Source: Chiloscyllium plagiosum (lineage: Eukaryota). From it: DNA of 37,923 nt. Position numbers and translations under genes: made by a program. Of the stretch, positions 34,665-37,923 are shown one piece after another (the stretch's first letter is position 1; every line of letters starts with the position of its first letter). A model generated the notes under the pieces. The model did not search any database, was not told the DNA's origin, and saw only the letters and a program-made list of their open reading frames with translations. The DNA is taken from the NCBI RefSeq assembly GCF_004010195.1, contig NC_057752.1, positions 4,838,122 through 4,876,044 of the forward strand. The letters are read 5' to 3'.

Positions 34665-34985
34665 GGTGAGAGTATGTTTCCCCTCAGGGGAGAGTCTAAC
34701 ACAAGAGGGCAGAATCTCCGCATAAAGGGGTGATAATTTAAAACTGACATAAGGAGGAATTTCTTCGTCTTTGGAACTTTTTGCCACAAAGAGCTATGGG
34801 GTTGATCCCCTTGTGTACATTTGAGGCTGAGACAGATAGATTGTTGGTTGTAGGGGAATTGTGGGTTTGGGGGAAAAGGCAGGCATGTGGGCATGAGGAA
34901 TGTCAGATTAGCCCTGATTCTATTGAATGGTGGAGCAAGCTCAACGAGTTGAACAGCCTATTTCTGTTTTTATTTCTTATGGTCT
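34665..34985 (+). mobile_element. CR1 LINE 3' end (older subfamily)
   Basis: MFPLRGESNTRGQNLRIKG..RRNFF and the 3' UTR tattgaatggtggagcaagctc. Confidence 0.75.
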
Positions 34986-35004
34986 TATCGATTCCAACAA
35001 TTTC

Positions 35005-35215
35005 CTAACATCACACGTTAATCTAACCGGAAGCGGCAGGGACAGACCACTATAAACATCGGAGGAAACATCAAAGAAGCGCTTCGCAGGAGGCTCCCAA
35101 GCACTGATGATGTCGCCTAGCCAGGGGACGAAACGTTTGCAACAAAAACTTCCAGCTCGGCGAACAGAACCACAACAACGAGCACCCGAGCTACAAATCT
35201 TCGCACAAACTTTGA
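35005..35215 (+). mobile_element. PLE pLTR unit (family C)
   Basis: CpG-rich unit with TATAAA at 35051 upstream of a hammerhead motif; unrelated in sequence to families A and B. Confidence 0.75.
35101..35140 (+). ncRNA. Minimal type I hammerhead ribozyme (family C)
   Basis: GCA-CTGATGA-T-GTCgCCT-agcc-AGGgGAC-GAAAC-GTT-TGC; stem I GCA/TGC, palindrome AACGTT. Confidence 0.8.
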
Positions 35216-35505
35216 AGCATCCTTCCACTATTACCCTCTGCTTCCTACCATCAAGACAATAGTGTATCCAATTTGTTAGCTCCCCCTGGATTCCATGTAA
35301 TCTGACCTTCCAGAGCAGCCTACCATGTGGAACCTTATGAAAGGCCTTACAGAAATCCAGAGAGAGTACGTCTACTATTCTGCCTTCATCAACCTTCCTG
35401 ATCACTTCATCAAAGAACTCAAACATATTTGTGAGCTATGATCTCCCATCCACAAAGCCATGCCGACGATTCCTAATCAAACTTTGTCTTTCCAAATGCA
35501 TGTAT
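35216..35505 (-). mobile_element. CR1 RT fragment
   Basis: FEFFDEVIRKVDEGRIVDVLSLDFCKAFHKVPHGRLLWKV. Confidence 0.9.
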
Positions 35506-35507
35506 AT

Positions 35508-36592
35508 GGAGTCATAGAGATATACTGCACGGAAACAGATCCTTCGGTCCATGCTGACCAGATATCCCAACCTAATCTAGTCCCATTTACCAGCCCTTGG
35601 CCCATATCTGTCCAAGCCTTTCATTTTTAGATACCCATCCAGATGCGTTTTAAATGCTGTAATTGTACAATTCTTCCTCTGGCATCGCATTCCATACACA
35701 CACCACCTTCTGCGTGAAAAAGTTGCCCCGTAGGTCTCTTTTATATCTTTCCCCTCTCACCCTAAACCTATGCTCTCTAGTTCTGGACTCCCCCACCCCA
35801 GGGAAAAAACCTTGTCTGTTTACTCTATACATGCCCCTCATAATTTTATAAACCTCTATAAGGTCACCCCTCAGCCTCCGATACTCCAGGGAAAACAGCC
35901 CCAGCCTGTTCAGCCTCTCCCTGTAGCTCAAATCCTCCAACCCTGGCAACATCCTTGTTATTCTTTTCTGAACCCTTTCAAGTTTCACATCTTTCCGATA
36001 GGAAGGAGACCAGAATTGCACGCAATATTCCAACAGTGGCCTAACCAATGTCCTGTACAGCCGCAACATGACCTCTCAACTCCTATACTCAATGCTCTGA
36101 CCTATAAAGAAAAGCATACCAAATGCCTTCTTCATTATCCTATCCATCTGCGACTCTATTTTCAAGAAGCTATGAACTTGCACTCCAAGGTCTCTTTGTT
36201 CAGCAACACTCCCGAGGACCTTACTATTAAGTATGTAAATCCTGCTAAGATTTGCTTTCCCAAAAATGCAGCACCTCACATTTATCTAAATTAAACTCCA
36301 TCTGCCACTCCTCACTCCTCCGATCAAGATCCTGTTGTAATCGGAGGTAATCTTCTCCGCTGTCCACCACACTTACAATTTTGGTGTCATCTGCAAACTG
36401 ACAACCATACCTCCTATGTTTATATCCAAAGTAGAGGGCCCAGCACCGATCCTTGTGGCACTCCACTGGTCACAGGCCTCCAGTCTGAAAAACAACCCTC
36501 CATCACCACCCTCTGTCTTCTACCTTTGAGCCAGTTCTGTATCCAAATGGCTAGTTCTCCCTGTATTCCATGAGATCTAACCTTGCTAATCA
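35508..36592 (-). mobile_element. 5'-truncated CR1 LINE, same subfamily as 18911-20243
   Basis: FADDTKIV, WQMEFNLDKCEV, MLRLYRTLVRPLLEYCVQFWSP, RLRGDLIEVYKIMRG; tail ctatgactc. Confidence 0.95.
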
Positions 36593-36594
36593 GT

Positions 36595-36957
36595 CCTCAG
36601 TGCCAAGTTGGAGGGTTGAATCCTGGATGAAGTGAGGGAAGAGGACATGAGGAAGCTGGTGAAGCCGATGTTGATTCCATGTTGTCGGAGGGTCCCAAAG
36701 CAGAAGATGAGGCATTCTTCCTTCAGGCCTCGGGTGGCTTGGATTTGACAGTGGAGGACGCCCAGGACTTTTCTGTCATTGGCGGAGTGGTTAGCCAAAG
36801 GGTGGTGAGGTTTTTTGGTGCGTGTGTCCCAGAGATGTTCCCTGAACTGTTCCGTGAGTTGGCCAGTGTAGAGGACACCACATCTTCCACCTTGGGACCC
36901 TACAACCACACAGCATCAACATCGATTTCACCAGTTTCCTCATCTCCCCTCCCTCCA
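36595..36957 (-). mobile_element. Penelope GIY-YIG fragment with inverted partial duplicate
   Basis: RCGVLYTG..FREHLWDTR..EECLIFCFGTLRQHGINIGF on minus; 36885-36957 is a plus-strand inverted copy of ~36630-36705. Confidence 0.8.
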
Positions 36958-36959
36958 CT

Positions 36960-37923
36960 GAGAACAGAAGCGAGTCAAACAGTCAGGGCAGGCAGGGACA
37001 AGGTTGGACTAATAAATGAAACTGCATTTATTTCAAAGCAAGGGGCCTAACAGGGAAGGCACATGAACTCAGGGTATGGTTAGGAACATGGGACTGGGAT
37101 ATCATAGCAATTACAGAAACGTGGCTCAGGGATGGGCAGGACTGGCAGCTTAATGTTCCAGGATACAAATGCTACAGGAAGGATAGAAAGGGAGGCAAGA
37201 GAGGAGGGGGAGTGGCGTTTTTGATAAGGGATAGTATTACAGCTGTACTGAGGGAGGATATTCCCGGAAATACATCCAGGGAAGTTATTTGGGTGGAACT
37301 GAGAAATAAGAAAGGGATGATAATCTTATTGGGATTGTATTATAGTCTCCCTAATAGTCAGAGGGAAATTGAGAAATGAACTTGTAAGGAGATCTCAGCT
37401 ATCTGTAAGAAAAATAGGGTAGTTATGGCAGGGGTTTTTAACTTTCCAAACATAGACTGGGACTGCCATAGTGTTAAAGGTTTAGATGGAGAGAAATTTG
37501 TTAAGGGCGTACAAGACAATTTTCTGATTCAGTATGTGGATGTATCTACTGGAGAAGACTCAAAACTTGACCTACTCTTGGGAAATAAGGCAGGGCAGGT
37601 GACTGAGTTGTCAGTGGGGGAGCACTTTGGGGCCAGCGACCATAATTTTATTAGATTTAAAATAGTGATGGAAAAGAATAGACCAGATCTAAAAGTTGAA
37701 GTTCTAAATTGGAGAAAGGCCAATTTTGACGGCATTAGGCAAGAACTTTCAAAAGCTGATTGGGGGCAGATTTTCGCAGGTAAACGGACGCTGGAAAATG
37801 GGAAGCCTTCAGAAACGAGATAACAAGAATCCAGAGAAAGTATATTCCTGTCAGGGTGAAAGGAAAGGCTGGTAGGTGTAGGGAATGCTGGATGACTAAA
37901 GAAATTGAGGGTTTGGTTAAGAA
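36960..37923 (+). mobile_element. CR1 LINE ORF2 5' part (APE endonuclease), runs off the window
   Basis: NCIYFKARGL..DIIAITETWL..YRKDR..GGGVAF..FNFPNIDW..LDLLL..SDHN; in-frame stop near 37377. Confidence 0.95.

Noticed and set aside
34193..34894. 233-aa ORF as a host gene
   Set aside because: Chimera of an antisense CR1 fragment and a CR1 ORF2 C-terminus.

Overview
Eukaryotic, repeat-dominated genomic DNA, almost certainly from a cartilaginous fish (shark). The evidence is HE1-type V-SINEs with CR1-derived tails, DeuSINE- and LF-SINE-like relics, and abundant CR1, L2, RTE, L1, Tx1-like and Penelope-like (PLE) retroelement fragments. Most ORFs in the supplied track are TE-derived or spurious. 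No complete protein-coding gene is recognisable; a few minus-strand candidate exons of an unidentified host gene are reported at low confidence. The most notable signal is a dense population (about ten insertions, at least three sequence families) of short PLE pseudo-LTR units carrying minimal type I hammerhead ribozyme motifs (CUGANGA-N-stem II-GAAA-palindrome-UH). Several have no coding sequence, are flanked by their own 11-15 bp target-site duplications, and are arranged as long fold-back hairpins with a ~30-37 nt unpaired 3' tail. They look like non-autonomous, ribozyme-bearing retroelements. All family names come from recall of motifs, not from database searches.
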